42,743 bases of DNA, from the sequence record ON470579.1; one strand, written 5' to 3'. Source of the DNA: Escherichia phage vB_EcoM-606R2. Shown here one piece after another: positions 20,149 to 30,911 of this stretch. The translations under genes were made by a program, and so were the position numbers. Below the pieces are notes generated by a model. That model ran no database searches and was not told where the DNA came from. It worked only from the letters and a program-made list of their open reading frames with translations. Position 1 is the stretch's first letter. Every line of letters starts with the position of its first letter.

Positions 20149-21369
20149 TTACCCTTTACGGTTTGCCCAGAATTCAGCGTTTTGTTTGTTCAGGGAAGCG
20201 ATACTGGTCATGCCCATGTTTAGGCGCTGTGCATCGCCGGTGGTGGCGCGGGTGTTTCGCCCTTTGGCAATCTCAGACACGGCATTAAACGCCATGTCGA
20301 CCGATTGTTTCGGCAATTTGCGGATATCCGCATCACCGACAATCTGGCGAACCAGCGTTTTATCTGCGGAAGCCAGAACCTCGCGTTTGAACTCGGTCGG
20401 TTTCATCTTACGGCTCAGATCGATACCCGGAACGATAACTTCGGCACGCCAGGCTGAGTCACCAGTAATCGTGGTTTCCTCTTCATCGTCCTCGCCGTCA
20501 CCGGTCGGATTATCGTCAGGCTTATTATCGTTATCGCCCGTGGCATTTCCTTCCAGCTTAGCCAGCAGGGCTTTCAGTAATGTTTTGAGGTCATCATCAC
20601 TGTCGCCGGTTGGACCTCCACCCATCTCTGGTGCTTTGTCCGGTAGTGGTTGCTGCGGGGACAGGTTGATGTTGAGATTAACGCCCTGCGGCAAATCCCC
20701 CTCATCTCCTGTAACCGATGCGGGAGCCGACTCCACCAGTTCGTTCATGGTGTCGGCATCTCCTGTCTTGATGGCTGCACGCATGCGGTTCCACCAGTTT
20801 TTCTTTTGATTTGCCATTGTGTCTCTGTCTCCAATTGCACAACGATTTCCGGCTCTGCCTTTGGGGACAAGAGCCACATGGTTTCCGGTAATATCGACCT
20901 GCCCGGCTTTACCTGGCTCGGTCTGCTCGTACTCCGCGTCATAGCCGCACGACACTTCTCGCAGGCCATCTTCGATAAGCTGAATGGCGTTTTCGTCTTT
21001 GACGATAAGGTCAGCCAGCATCAAATCAGACTGCTCACCCGTCCCGCGCCGGACATTCTGGAGGTGCCCGACAGCAAGCTCTTTCCAGTTCTCGGGATTT
21101 ACCAGCCGCACATTCCCGTTTTCATCTTCAGGATGCAGGATCGTGATGCTCATCCCTTCGAATGAGGCGAGCGTGGCCGGATGGAATACCTGCTCAGGAG
21201 AACGCGTGACGACTATTTCACCGAACTTATCGGGTTTCAGTTTTGGCAGGTCATCAGCACCATAGAGCTGCTTACCTGTTCGTCCTATCGGCACGTCTTT
21301 GCACAGCAACGAGCCGTCAGCCAGCTGATAGCGGGTTTCCCCCAGCCGGGTATTGAAAAAATATTTCAT
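20149..21369 (-). CDS. head maturation protease / scaffold fusion-like protein
   Basis: 406-aa ORF with a conserved N-terminal domain and a highly acidic, low-complexity C-terminal half, located between the minor head and capsid genes. Confidence 0.5.
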   Translation of the reverse strand: MKYFFNTRLGETRYQLADGSLLCKDVPIGRTGKQLYGADDLPKLKPDKFGEIVVTRSPEQVFHPATLASFEGMSITILHPEDENGNVRLVNPENWKELAVGHLQNVRRGTGEQSDLMLADLIVKDENAIQLIEDGLREVSCGYDAEYEQTEPGKAGQVDITGNHVALVPKGRAGNRCAIGDRDTMANQKKNWWNRMRAAIKTGDADTMNELVESAPASVTGDEGDLPQGVNLNINLSPQQPLPDKAPEMGGGPTGDSDDDLKTLLKALLAKLEGNATGDNDNKPDDNPTGDGEDDEEETTITGDSAWRAEVIVPGIDLSRKMKPTEFKREVLASADKTLVRQIVGDADIRKLPKQSVDMAFNAVSEIAKGRNTRATTGDAQRLNMGMTSIASLNKQNAEFWANRKG

Positions 21370-21383
21370 GTGTTACCTGCGAT

Positions 21384-22157
21384 TCAGGCGGGATAAGAAT
21401 GGGAGGTGGGAAAAACGATTTCTTTATAACAGCGGCAATTCGGGAGCTCGCCAGCGTGACCGGTCATGCCATCAAGCGTTGGAGGTTTGCCCCATTCGAC
21501 AAATTTACCTTCCATTTCCCGATGAGAATGCCTGACGTCACCATCTTCGGCTGTACGCCAGATATAACCATTCGAACCAATTGCCAGCGCACGCGCCTGA
21601 TCCAGCGCGCCGGTTGCACGTCCAAGTTCAGTACGGGCAATCAGGTCAGCTCTGGACTTTGCTATATCACCCGATGCGGCTATTTCTTTAGCAAAATGTT
21701 CCGCTCTCCCACCGGTCACAACAGCTTCAATCGCCCGATTCTGGATGTCGTACACCCTGTCAGCCGCCTCGAGGGGTAGCGATTTAATGTACTTAACCTG
21801 TTCAGCAACGATGGATTTCATCACCTGCCCTGGCGGGGCACTGTTTACCAGATTGCGTAGCTCACGGCTGATGGTTTTGCTGTGTTTACGCCACTGCTCA
21901 TCATTCTTGCGCACAATATCGGCGGTAAAGTTTTCCGCGACCTTTGTCGCCCAGGGGGTGATGATTTCACTGTAGCGCTCCAGCGCCTCAATAATTTCCG
22001 TGATACTGTCATTTGAACCATCGTAGTGACCATTTACGATGTCCCCGACCGCCCGCGCTATCCTGCGTAGGCTGGTTCGATACCGGATTTCCGCCTGACG
22101 GTTCCTGCGGTTCGTCATCAGGTTCGCCGATGCCGGGCGGCGCTTCATCTTCGGCAT
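21384..22157 (-). CDS. minor head morphogenesis protein (Mu F / SPP1 gp7-like)
   Basis: 257-aa ORF downstream of portal with a C-terminal ELPNCRC-type motif. Its 5' end overlaps the portal gene by about 150 nt, so the true start is uncertain. Confidence 0.55.
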   Translation of the reverse strand: MPKMKRRPASANLMTNRRNRQAEIRYRTSLRRIARAVGDIVNGHYDGSNDSITEIIEALERYSEIITPWATKVAENFTADIVRKNDEQWRKHSKTISRELRNLVNSAPPGQVMKSIVAEQVKYIKSLPLEAADRVYDIQNRAIEAVVTGGRAEHFAKEIAASGDIAKSRADLIARTELGRATGALDQARALAIGSNGYIWRTAEDGDVRHSHREMEGKFVEWGKPPTLDGMTGHAGELPNCRCYKEIVFPTSHSYPA

Positions 22158-23475
22158 TCTCGATGTCCTCGTCGGTAATGGATGCCCCGATGCCGGTTAC
22201 GTCAGAATTTTCTCGCAAATCAGTCATAGCGGCTTTCAGTGTCATCAGACCATCACCCAGCGCTGTACTGATTGCGTTGGTAGTGTTTAACGCCACCGTT
22301 GAGCGATCGACATCAGACATTTGCCAGAGCGGGTTAAACTCAAACGTGAAATCGTCCGGCAGCGGCTTGCCAAGTTCCGAACGATGCATGATGTCCAGTA
22401 TCCGCCGCACCGGAAGACGTAAACGCCTCTCCTGCAACGAGCTTACCCGGTCGTAATAGTTGGCAAGGTCTGCATCGCCGGTAGAAAATCCCTTCGGGGA
22501 CTGTCCGAACAACCGCACCAGTGGGATACCAACAGCGCCACTAATCTGTTCTGCAAACTGTGAAAGGATGTCATCCAGACCACTGAAGCTGTACTGATGG
22601 GTTTCAAACTTATCCCGCGAGTCCATGAGAGTCATGCCTTCATTGCTCTGGAACTGTCGAATCAGGTCAATATTCTTCAGCAACGCTTCATACGCAGGAC
22701 CACCAAGTGCGATAAGCTCGCGTAGCTTCTCCACGCTGTAGGTACGCAAATGCGCTTTGTAGACCAGCTGCGCCGCGCCGACAGTAGCGCTGTCGAACGC
22801 GGTAAGACGATCCCAGATACGCTCTACAACCGACATTCCCCATTCGTTCTCGGTCATCTTCTGCTGAAATGGCAGCGTGACGCCATCAAAGCGAATCAGT
22901 CGACTGTGATGAATGCGCCAGGCAGGAATTCCCGTTGCTGTGGTCACCACATCGTAAAACTCAGGTTTACCCAGGTCCGGCCCCATATCTTTAATGCGGC
23001 GGGTCAGTACCGGGTCAATCATCCAGCGGTCGAGCGGGAGAATTCCCTTAAACTTGCCCTTACCGATGGTTTCGGGTCGCAGCGGGGTCATTGGTGCCTG
23101 CCCCTCAATCATGATGAAACCCACCGCGCCGCCGTAGAGGCGCGACCATTTCAGCACGTCATTCAGCGCATCCCAGATTTGCAACTCATCCAGTTGTGAT
23201 TCGAGAATGCCACGATCTTTTGCATCAATTTCCGAAGTGATGCGAATGCCTTTGCGGGTCATATCATCCGGGATAGCATCGACTGCTTCGCCGATGATCC
23301 AGGACGAACGATAGGACCATTCCACCAGCATGCGGTTACGACTGGTGAAATTAGCCCGGTAGGTGGATGCTGAGTGCTGGTTAGGTGTCTGCATCCCTAC
23401 GCGGGCAATAAAATTCTCATAACCATCAGCTGTGGCCTGCGCAGTTCGCCGCAGGGCTTGTTTGTTTCGTGCCAT
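22009..23475 (-). CDS. portal protein
   Basis: 488-aa ORF immediately downstream of the large terminase, with an acidic C-terminus. Confidence 0.65.
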   Translation of the reverse strand: MARNKQALRRTAQATADGYENFIARVGMQTPNQHSASTYRANFTSRNRMLVEWSYRSSWIIGEAVDAIPDDMTRKGIRITSEIDAKDRGILESQLDELQIWDALNDVLKWSRLYGGAVGFIMIEGQAPMTPLRPETIGKGKFKGILPLDRWMIDPVLTRRIKDMGPDLGKPEFYDVVTTATGIPAWRIHHSRLIRFDGVTLPFQQKMTENEWGMSVVERIWDRLTAFDSATVGAAQLVYKAHLRTYSVEKLRELIALGGPAYEALLKNIDLIRQFQSNEGMTLMDSRDKFETHQYSFSGLDDILSQFAEQISGAVGIPLVRLFGQSPKGFSTGDADLANYYDRVSSLQERRLRLPVRRILDIMHRSELGKPLPDDFTFEFNPLWQMSDVDRSTVALNTTNAISTALGDGLMTLKAAMTDLRENSDVTGIGASITDEDIENAEDEAPPGIGEPDDEPQEPSGGNPVSNQPTQDSAGGRGHRKWSLRWFK

Positions 23476-25097
23476 CAGGCCTGTCTCCCTAGCAGCTCCC
23501 AGATGTTCAGGGCTGAATTCATTGGGGCATAGTTGATCATCACCGAGTCGGCAAGGTTTGGCGATCGGGTTCCATCAGGCTGTTTATCAATAACTATTTT
23601 TCCCACACCATTAATGGAATAGGTCGGCTGCGAAAGCTCGATGATGAGTTTATCTTTGAGTGCCATGCTACTGCTGATTGAGATGATTTCGTCCGGGTTG
23701 TAAGCCATACCTTCAACCACGGCGCGCCAGGTATTCTGAAAAAGTTTACGTAACCGCCACCAGCTCTGGGCTTTGGCGTTAGCGAAGAAGTCCTTGTTCA
23801 GACGTGCGGCTTGCCCGTTGTCCCCGCGAACAGCTTCATCATCCGGATCAAATACCGCGCCACTACCTCGAAACGGTGTGGCAAGTATTGACGGTCGACG
23901 CGCAGCGTTACGCAGTTCGTTGATAGCGCGTGCATCGCCGCGAACGCCAGCGCCCAGCCCGTCCTCGTCAAAGCGAAACTCTTCGAGGTTGTCCTGTTCG
24001 CAAAAGCCGAAAACCTTCTTGACGGACTGATAAATGTCGCTGCCCACACCGGACCATTCCCGCACATTTTCCAGGAGGAAGCCATGACGGGTGGAAAAGG
24101 CATTTTTGTCCCTGCCTTCGTCGGCGACATCCATCGCGCCAAGTCGTTTGCCTGTTGGCTGGATACCCAGTTTGATATGCGCATCAACGGCAGCCTGTAC
24201 CCATTCGGATGGAATCAGGACGCCTTCCGCTGATGCGCTGTAGTTCAGATCAAGTTCCTGTGCCACCACCACCGGATTATCGATTTTCTCGCATTCCCTG
24301 CGATACCACTCTTCATCCTTGCGAGGATCATCCCGCCAGTGGAATGTGAATACCGGTATCTTCCCGCCATGACGCTTCTGAGCGAACGGGTTAGCCATGC
24401 CGTTAACTGAACTCAGGTCGATACGGCAACGCGTCGTTTGTGACAACGCCGCATCAATCAGCAGAGGACGCTGAAGGAATGCAGCCTCATCAACCAGATA
24501 AAGCGTGGTACGGTCACCACGACCAATATTATCGCCAGCCTCGCCTTTGATAACGGCACCAGTTTCAGGAAACTCAACACGCATATATGGCGCGTGCTTC
24601 TTCTCGCTCCACGAACCGCGAAACTCTACAGGCAGTGTTTCCACGAACTTGCGCGCCTTCCAGAACAATGCTTTCGGGTCACCGGTGCTGTCGACGTATT
24701 CCTCTTTACGGGAGCCGAAACCGATAACCATTTCTTTGTTGAAGAGACAAAGCGAACATGCCAGTCCGATCGCGGTCCAACTGAGCCCCATTTCACGGGA
24801 TTTTTCGGTAATACCATTCTCCCGATTGCCCCAGCGTTCCATAATCCAGTGGATCCACTCCTCCTGCTTAGGGAAGAGTAAAAACGGAATGGTCACCGGC
24901 AGGCCATAATCAATATTACGCGGGTCCGTTGTCATGCCCCAGTCGATGATGAACTGAGCCGGATTGGTTCGGTAAAACTGTTTTAGTGCAGGCAATATTT
25001 CAGGATTCTGGCGAATGCGCTGTAGGCGTTCCATCCGCCATTCAAAAACCATCTGGTAATCAGGATGTTTAAAATCGAAGGGGAATGGTAACGGCAT
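23475..25097 (-). CDS. terminase large subunit
   Basis: 540-aa ORF with ATPase and nuclease-like regions, between the small terminase and portal genes with coupled overlaps. Confidence 0.8.
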   Translation of the reverse strand: MPLPFPFDFKHPDYQMVFEWRMERLQRIRQNPEILPALKQFYRTNPAQFIIDWGMTTDPRNIDYGLPVTIPFLLFPKQEEWIHWIMERWGNRENGITEKSREMGLSWTAIGLACSLCLFNKEMVIGFGSRKEEYVDSTGDPKALFWKARKFVETLPVEFRGSWSEKKHAPYMRVEFPETGAVIKGEAGDNIGRGDRTTLYLVDEAAFLQRPLLIDAALSQTTRCRIDLSSVNGMANPFAQKRHGGKIPVFTFHWRDDPRKDEEWYRRECEKIDNPVVVAQELDLNYSASAEGVLIPSEWVQAAVDAHIKLGIQPTGKRLGAMDVADEGRDKNAFSTRHGFLLENVREWSGVGSDIYQSVKKVFGFCEQDNLEEFRFDEDGLGAGVRGDARAINELRNAARRPSILATPFRGSGAVFDPDDEAVRGDNGQAARLNKDFFANAKAQSWWRLRKLFQNTWRAVVEGMAYNPDEIISISSSMALKDKLIIELSQPTYSINGVGKIVIDKQPDGTRSPNLADSVMINYAPMNSALNIWELLGRQA

Positions 25098-25099
25098 AC

Positions 25100-25672
25100 T
25101 TAGCCCATCATTTTTCTATACGCCTCTGCAGCCTGCTCCGGCGTTAAGTTGGTAATTTCTGTTCTGACTGGTCCTCCATCAGCGCCAGTCACTTCATTTT
25201 TGACGTTGTCTTTAAACGCCTGAACAGAAACATGACGCCCAAGCAACTCAAGGTTTTTAACCTTATCAGGCCACTTAATCTTTTTAAGGATCCCGACCAT
25301 TTCTCTGTCATCTCCTCGCCCCTCAAACATTTCAGCGAGGTTAAATCCACTCAGGTACCGACGCCACGATTCCGGCCACGCAGACAGAGGCTTAATACTT
25401 AAATCGTCCTCTAGGATGTCAGCCACATCGAGCCTGTCGATCTCAACCAGTCGCATCAGCACATAATTCGCATCAATGCCCAGTTGATCAATACGCTCCT
25501 GCTTTAGCTCGTTAATACGGGCGCGTATCTCAGGTTTACCGTATAGTTCAGCCCCCGTAACATGTGCTCGCCTGGAGACGTAGCCTGCGCGAATAGCTGC
25601 TTGTGTAGCATTCAGATCGACAAGAAACTCGCGACAAAACACCTCGTGTTTTGCTTTCAGCTTCTTAGTCAT
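25100..25672 (-). CDS. terminase small subunit
   Basis: 190-aa ORF with an N-terminal HTH-like region ([21 protein letters not shown]), upstream of the large terminase. Confidence 0.7.
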   Translation of the reverse strand: MTKKLKAKHEVFCREFLVDLNATQAAIRAGYVSRRAHVTGAELYGKPEIRARINELKQERIDQLGIDANYVLMRLVEIDRLDVADILEDDLSIKPLSAWPESWRRYLSGFNLAEMFEGRGDDREMVGILKKIKWPDKVKNLELLGRHVSVQAFKDNVKNEVTGADGGPVRTEITNLTPEQAAEAYRKMMG

Positions 25673-25733
25673 TTTATTTTCCAGTTATCAGGTCATTATC
25701 GAAGCCCCTCCTGGAAGAGCTTCTGTAATGCTA

Positions 25734-26258
25734 TTACCGGGACTGTTCTATTTGTCGGACACCAGCCAACTGGTTATTCGCCTTCTCGATGGCTGCCAAC
25801 AATGGGTTAATCCACAGAACAGCCTGGCAATATGTCAACGTTCTGGTGGTAGTGGCACGATCACCGGCTGGGTCAATGTACCCGGAATCGGCGTGCAATG
25901 CGCTGGCGCGTAAACGGTTCGCGTAGTTGAGCAACCCGACAGCAATATCAGCAGGAACAGGGAAATCACAGTTCTTTTCACGGAGCAGAACCTCACGGTA
26001 TTTGATGACTGTCTTCTCGTGACCGATGTCGACCAGAGAATTTAATCGGCTTGCGTTTTCTGCTATCTGGTTAAAACGATTGAAGTTTAATGCCTGATTA
26101 GCTATCACTTTCCCTTGATATTCAGCTTCACCTTCCGCTTTATCAGCCCGCAACTTTTCTGCCTGATACTTGCTGTGGTAATGGTTTGCAGACCAGACGA
26201 GCGCCCCAAAGGCAGAGAAGAAAAATGCCGCGATGACAATCTTATAAGTCAGCTTCAT
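25734..26258 (-). CDS. i-spanin (Rz-like) lysis protein
   Basis: An N-terminal transmembrane segment followed by WSANHY resembles lambda Rz (WAVNHY), and the gene lies immediately after the endolysin. No embedded Rz1-like frame was verified. Confidence 0.55.
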   Translation of the reverse strand: MKLTYKIVIAAFFFSAFGALVWSANHYHSKYQAEKLRADKAEGEAEYQGKVIANQALNFNRFNQIAENASRLNSLVDIGHEKTVIKYREVLLREKNCDFPVPADIAVGLLNYANRLRASALHADSGYIDPAGDRATTTRTLTYCQAVLWINPLLAAIEKANNQLAGVRQIEQSR

Positions 26259-26718
26259 TTACCACCCCACCAGCATCTTTAAACCTGGAAATCAGGTCAC
26301 CGATTTTATGTTCATACTGACCGTAACCTGCACCAGGTAACGACGCCCAGATATTGCTGCAACGGTCGATTGCCTGACGAATATCGCCACGGTCAATCAT
26401 CGGTAAAGCGCCACGCTCTTTAATCTGCTGCAGCGCCACAGCGTCCTGACTTTCTGGCGAAAAATCTTTCAGGCCAAGCTGCTTGCGGTAGGCATCCCAC
26501 CAGCGTGAAAGAAGCTGATACCGGCCTGCGGCTGTTGATTTAAGCTTCGGGTTTAGCGTGACAAGTTTGCGAGGGTGATCGGAGTAATCAGTGAACAACT
26601 CACCTCCGACGATAACGTCATAACCGTGATTACGTGTCGGTTGTCGCCCGTTATCCGTTCCTTCTGACCATGCCACCATATCCAGGAAAGCTTTACGTTG
26701 GGAATTTAGTGTCTGCAT
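26242..26718 (-). CDS. endolysin (lambda R-like lytic transglycosylase)
   Basis: 158-aa protein nearly collinear with the recalled phage lambda R sequence (QRKAFLDMVAWSEGTDNGRQ...GRYQLLSRWWDAYRKQLGLKDFSP). Confidence 0.85.
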   Translation of the reverse strand: MQTLNSQRKAFLDMVAWSEGTDNGRQPTRNHGYDVIVGGELFTDYSDHPRKLVTLNPKLKSTAAGRYQLLSRWWDAYRKQLGLKDFSPESQDAVALQQIKERGALPMIDRGDIRQAIDRCSNIWASLPGAGYGQYEHKIGDLISRFKDAGGVVNEADL

Positions 26719-26721
26719 GAA

Positions 26722-27081
26722 TTACTCCTTAGAGCCACCAAACTTGTTACCGATTACTCGCATTGCAGCCCCACGAATAGCATCGACACCGATCAGCCCA
26801 ACACCACCACCAATGGCAACAGAAAGCGATTTAGGCCATCCGACATACTCAAGAGCGGATGCAAAAGTCAGCGTCAGAGCACCACAGAGCAAAATCTCAA
26901 GCGTTTTTCGTTTCCAGCCGCCGCCACCGCCAAAATAGGCAATGCGCAAGCCAGCCATAACAATTGACATAACCACTGCGCCCAACGGCGTATCTCCACG
27001 CCACCAACTTTGTAAGAGTTCCAGTAAGTCAGGCCAGGAATGAGGAGCATTGTGCATTTTCATACTTCCCACCTCCGCCAT
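26722..27081 (-). CDS. holin
   Basis: ORF with hydrophobic transmembrane segments and a glycine run, directly upstream of the endolysin. Closely spaced Met codons near the N-terminus suggest holin/antiholin dual starts. Confidence 0.6.
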   Translation of the reverse strand: MAEVGSMKMHNAPHSWPDLLELLQSWWRGDTPLGAVVMSIVMAGLRIAYFGGGGGWKRKTLEILLCGALTLTFASALEYVGWPKSLSVAIGGGVGLIGVDAIRGAAMRVIGNKFGGSKE

Positions 27082-27163
27082 TACGGGGTGTTGTTGAAAG
27101 GCGGGCCCTGCGTATACGCCCGTAGGATTGGGTTATGAGCCGTCCTTCGGTGGGCCCTGAATA

Positions 27164-27187
27164 CAAAAAAAGTTCGCCATAGCGAAC
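27164..27187 (-). terminator. intrinsic terminator between Q and holin (tR'-like)
   Basis: Perfect palindrome GTTCGC-CATA-GCGAAC followed on the minus strand by TTTTTTT, about 85 bp upstream of the holin start. Confidence 0.5.
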
Positions 27188-27595
27188 CTTGTTAAATTTG
27201 TTAAAAAAGGAAGTTATTTAACATAATGTACGTTATAGGAACCACACGATCCCCGCTCGCAATAGATTTGCGATGAAAGGCCTATTTAATCAACTTAAGT
27301 GGTCCAGAATGACGAAATTCGAGTGAATAAAAGGTGCATAAAAAAGGGCAAAAACTGCATAGCGTTTTTTCGCAGCGAAAGCCCTGTTTTATTAACTTTT
27401 CCCCAGAATGGGGCAATAAAAAAGGCCCCCTTGCGGAAGCCTCTTCGTGATGAACTGTTTTCAACAGATATCAGGCTAATCGGCTTTTTGGAATTCCACA
27501 ACTATTTTTTATCTTACCTTGATACCTGAAGCCGTCAGGTGTTTACGGCAATCCTGAATACCATCTGATTCCCTTACGTGATTGATTACTGGATA

Positions 27596-28018
27596 TTATG
27601 CCGCCGGGCAGCTCCTTCGCAAAGTCCTGATAGCCTTAGGCTTTGACTGAACTGCTTGATCCATTTCCAGAACCACGTCCAGCATAGCCAGGCAGCCGTC
27701 GATAAATCCCTCTGCAGCCTGGAGCCTCTTCAGAACTTGAGTGTGTGATACGCCGAGCTTCACACCCATAGCCCTCACAGGCATCGCCTGGATGTAATGC
27801 CACTCAAGGAGCGTACACAGGTACGGATCTTTTTTCTTCAGGCAGTTCATAGCAGAGCTGATGATCAGACCGTCATTGTCACTGCACTTCAGCCGCCCGG
27901 CTTGCGTTGCAGGTAGCAGATTCTTAAATCCAGCGGAAACAGGTGGATAGTAGACACTGCAACCTTCGCTCGCAGCCCAGCCCCCCCATCGCTCTAAAAC
28001 CAGTCGAATATCACGCAT
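27596..28018 (-). CDS. late-gene antiterminator (Q-like)
   Basis: The N-terminus MRDIRLVLERWGGWAA resembles recalled Q-family antiterminators of lambdoid prophages, and the gene lies directly upstream of the lysis cassette. Confidence 0.55.
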   Translation of the reverse strand: MRDIRLVLERWGGWAASEGCSVYYPPVSAGFKNLLPATQAGRLKCSDNDGLIISSAMNCLKKKDPYLCTLLEWHYIQAMPVRAMGVKLGVSHTQVLKRLQAAEGFIDGCLAMLDVVLEMDQAVQSKPKAIRTLRRSCPAA

Positions 28019-28043
28019 AGCTCTGACCTCTACGTTTTGCTAC

Positions 28044-28334
28044 TTACCGTTCATCTTTCATTTTGAGGTTAGAAAGATGTTTAAGCCGCTGGCAATACGC
28101 TTTCCAGTAAGCCTCAGAGTGCATCGGGTGCTCGATATCGCTATACAGCCATACACAGTCGTCGCGCTGAGTTACCGGCGGTGGCGCCAACACATCTCGA
28201 GTGGCCTGCGTTAGTGCTCTTTTGAAGAAAAAAGCCTCCCCTAAGGGCTGGTAGTCTCTGTTGAATGCTTCCCAAGCCCCCTCAGCTGTTTTGCGGATAC
28301 CGTAAGGCATACATTGGCGGAATATCTTTGACAT
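28044..28334 (-). CDS. hypothetical phage protein
   Basis: 96-aa ORF between the primase/iteron region and the Q-like gene. Confidence 0.5.
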   Translation of the reverse strand: MSKIFRQCMPYGIRKTAEGAWEAFNRDYQPLGEAFFFKRALTQATRDVLAPPPVTQRDDCVWLYSDIEHPMHSEAYWKAYCQRLKHLSNLKMKDER

Positions 28335-28383
28335 CGTCGTATCCTCATTTAGTTATTTGCTAATTTTTTCAAGTTAATTTCCG

Positions 28384-28646
28384 GGTGACGGCTAGGTGAC
28401 GCGTAATTACATATCCGTCACCTGCTGCAAAGCGCGCCATATAAGGCCTGAAGATGTTTTAGGTGACAGGTGACGGTTGATTTTAGTTCTCTATATATAA
28501 GCGATCGTATAATACCTAAAATACACACTATCGCGTATATAGTTTTAAATTCTGCCGTCACCTGTCACCTTTAGCACATTTCCCATTGTTTTATATATAC
28601 TTTTTAAGGTGACGCTTAAGCGTTTTGCCGTCACCTAGCCGTCACC
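28384..28646. repeat. iteron array (candidate replication origin): about 10 copies of GGTGAC(GG)/(CC)GTCACC in both orientations around AT-rich cores
   Basis: Read directly from the sequence. Direct-orientation copies are at 28384, 28395, 28462, 28470 and 28608; inverted copies are at 28425, 28555, 28565, 28628 and 28639. The array lies immediately beside the primase gene. Confidence 0.7.
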
Positions 28647-28649
28647 TTT

Positions 28650-30911
28650 TTACAATCCAGATTGCAAAATTTCGCAAGATTTATATATTTCGCGCAATTC
28701 TTCGTTGCTGAAATCGTTATTTTTTACAAGAATCCAAATCCTATATACAAACCCGTCAATTTTTACGCGTACGGGTTCCCGCTTTGTTCTTTCTTTCAAA
28801 ATGCGAGTAATATGCTTCTGGTTAATTTCTACATCCATTCCTGCTTCTGCCAGTATTGCGTTAACAATTTGTTGATAAGTCATTGCTGGCACAGGCGGAT
28901 TATCCAGGATTTCAATAAGAGCAGCCTCCACATCGCTCTTATTGCTTTCAATCATCAGAAGGCGTTCTTTCGTCTCGGGGGCGCGCTGCCAGTTAAAGCG
29001 AGACAGGTCAACGCCCATCAGATACCAGTACACCTGGGCGATAAAGTCGCTGTCGCTTAGCGCACCGTACAGGCTGGCGTAATGCTCTTCAGTTGCGGCG
29101 AAGTCAGGGCCCCCCAGCACAGCGATACGTCGGTCTTCCTCTGGCAGCGCCAGCGCATCAAAGTGGTTGGTGTAGAACAGAAAGCCGGTGTATATATCCA
29201 TCGTTTTTTTGCTGCCATATTTGCGGTTCACTTCAAACCGTGGTTCTGTCAGCACGTCACGGATCTTATCGTTCACCTCATACCGCTTATCATTTTCGCG
29301 CACCTCGTCAATGGTGCATAGAAGCGTATTGTACAGATAGTCATGGAACTGGTTATCGCACAGGATCTTCATGCGAGTACGAGCACAGTTCCACGGACCA
29401 AGCACGCGCTCCATTAACTGGCTGACCCATCCTCTGCCCGTACCATGTGCGGAAGCCACATGCAGAATAGAAATCGGGCATCGACGCTCCGGACGCTGAA
29501 CCATCCACCCCAGACGGGCGATGAAAAACTCGCGCTGCCAGGCATCAGGTACCAGATACGCCATATGATTAAGGAACGTGGACACCTTACTTGTATCCGC
29601 TGTACGTGGATGCTCAGGCATATAAAATTCGTTTATCTCAAACCGCCCGTCGAAACGCTCGATAATACGTCCCGCACCGGGCTTATAGCCTGTCGTCTCA
29701 GCAATCTTCTTATGCCGATGCTCTATCCACCGTTTGGTTGCGGGAGTTGGTTGCCCTTTCCCTTCTGGCGGGAACTGGTAAGGCGCCATCAGGTTTTTGA
29801 ACGACTTCATATCCATCATGCACTGATATGGCGGTCGGCTAAGATCACATACCTGGTCACCCTCGATGACGTAGATAAAGCGTTCCAGAAAATGAGCTGT
29901 CATATCTGTATTAATATCGGTAAATTCAGGCTTATCGCCATCTTCAACCACCGTGAGATCTTCGAACAGGGATTGCGTATAGCCGTAGCCTTCCAGCCAG
30001 TCGGCATCAGTAAGCCCCGCATCGGTGTTGTGCATGCTTTTAAAATGTCCCTGTTCAAATCCCCCCGTCCCTTTTGGGAAATACTTAATGGATGTTTCGC
30101 TGCAACCGTTGCTGTATTCTGACTCATCCCGAAACGGTTTCAGATTGCGGGAACCATCAGAGCTGACTGACAGAGTCCACCCGTTCGCGTCAAGCCAGTC
30201 GGCGACATCATCTGTCGCGGAAGGATCAACACAGGAAAGATCACGCTGACGTCCTGCACCTGCGGTATAGCTGTCTTTCACGGGTAAGTTATCCGCCAGA
30301 CGCTGCCACAGGCTTTCGAGCTGTTCAGATGTAATTTTCAGAGGTTCGCCGGGCAGACCGCAGTCCCACTGAATACGTTCGCCTGCCGGATGGGTACCAC
30401 AAGCCACAAACTGCTGGCCCTTAGCGAGCAGCTCTATTTGTTTGTTTTCGCCTTCCAGGCGGTGACCACGTTTACGGTAGTCGCCATCAACAGCAATCAG
30501 GTACAGGCATTTATGACTGTCAGCCCGCCAGCGACGTGGCGGAAGTTCCCCCAGGCATGACAGGATAATATTGCGTACGATCTCCTGCATCCCGGCGTCA
30601 TTGATATCGCAGTCCAGAGCCACCACCCCGTCGCCAGTACGAACGCAAATACCGTAATCGGGTTCGTTCGACCACCGGGCAAAATCGTTTTCCGTAACAA
30701 CATAGTTAGCCCAGTCGGGGATACCAACAACCTTACGTTGGCCATTGTAGCGACTGGGGGTTTTGCCGAAATTATGAGACAGCTTGCTATTAGGCGACAG
30801 TTCTGCACAGGGATTGGACACCACAGGTAAAAGCCTGTCTGTCATCCCCAACACCAGATCGAAGTGGAACCACTCATCGGGCGTAGCTCCCCATGGTTTG
30901 TTATCAGACAT
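28650..30911 (-). CDS. primase/helicase (P4 alpha-like, D5-type)
   Basis: 753-aa ORF whose size, domain order and adjacent iterons match P4-alpha-type replication initiators. Confidence 0.7.
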   Translation of the reverse strand: MSDNKPWGATPDEWFHFDLVLGMTDRLLPVVSNPCAELSPNSKLSHNFGKTPSRYNGQRKVVGIPDWANYVVTENDFARWSNEPDYGICVRTGDGVVALDCDINDAGMQEIVRNIILSCLGELPPRRWRADSHKCLYLIAVDGDYRKRGHRLEGENKQIELLAKGQQFVACGTHPAGERIQWDCGLPGEPLKITSEQLESLWQRLADNLPVKDSYTAGAGRQRDLSCVDPSATDDVADWLDANGWTLSVSSDGSRNLKPFRDESEYSNGCSETSIKYFPKGTGGFEQGHFKSMHNTDAGLTDADWLEGYGYTQSLFEDLTVVEDGDKPEFTDINTDMTAHFLERFIYVIEGDQVCDLSRPPYQCMMDMKSFKNLMAPYQFPPEGKGQPTPATKRWIEHRHKKIAETTGYKPGAGRIIERFDGRFEINEFYMPEHPRTADTSKVSTFLNHMAYLVPDAWQREFFIARLGWMVQRPERRCPISILHVASAHGTGRGWVSQLMERVLGPWNCARTRMKILCDNQFHDYLYNTLLCTIDEVRENDKRYEVNDKIRDVLTEPRFEVNRKYGSKKTMDIYTGFLFYTNHFDALALPEEDRRIAVLGGPDFAATEEHYASLYGALSDSDFIAQVYWYLMGVDLSRFNWQRAPETKERLLMIESNKSDVEAALIEILDNPPVPAMTYQQIVNAILAEAGMDVEINQKHITRILKERTKREPVRVKIDGFVYRIWILVKNNDFSNEELREIYKSCEILQSGL

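Noticed and set aside
20108-21396. Plus-strand ORFs 20108..20809, 20650..21165, 20984..21265 and 21181..21396 opposite the protease/scaffold gene
   Set aside because: Antisense shadows of the acidic, repetitive scaffold region.
27230-27600. Possible tRNA gene between the Q-like gene and holin, as in some lambdoid phages
   Set aside because: No cloverleaf or T-loop consensus (GGTTCGAAT-like) was seen; only short hairpins.
28384-28646. Repeat array considered as a possible CRISPR array
   Set aside because: The units are only 6-8 bp, occur in both orientations with irregular spacing, have no uniform spacers and no cas genes; iterons fit better.
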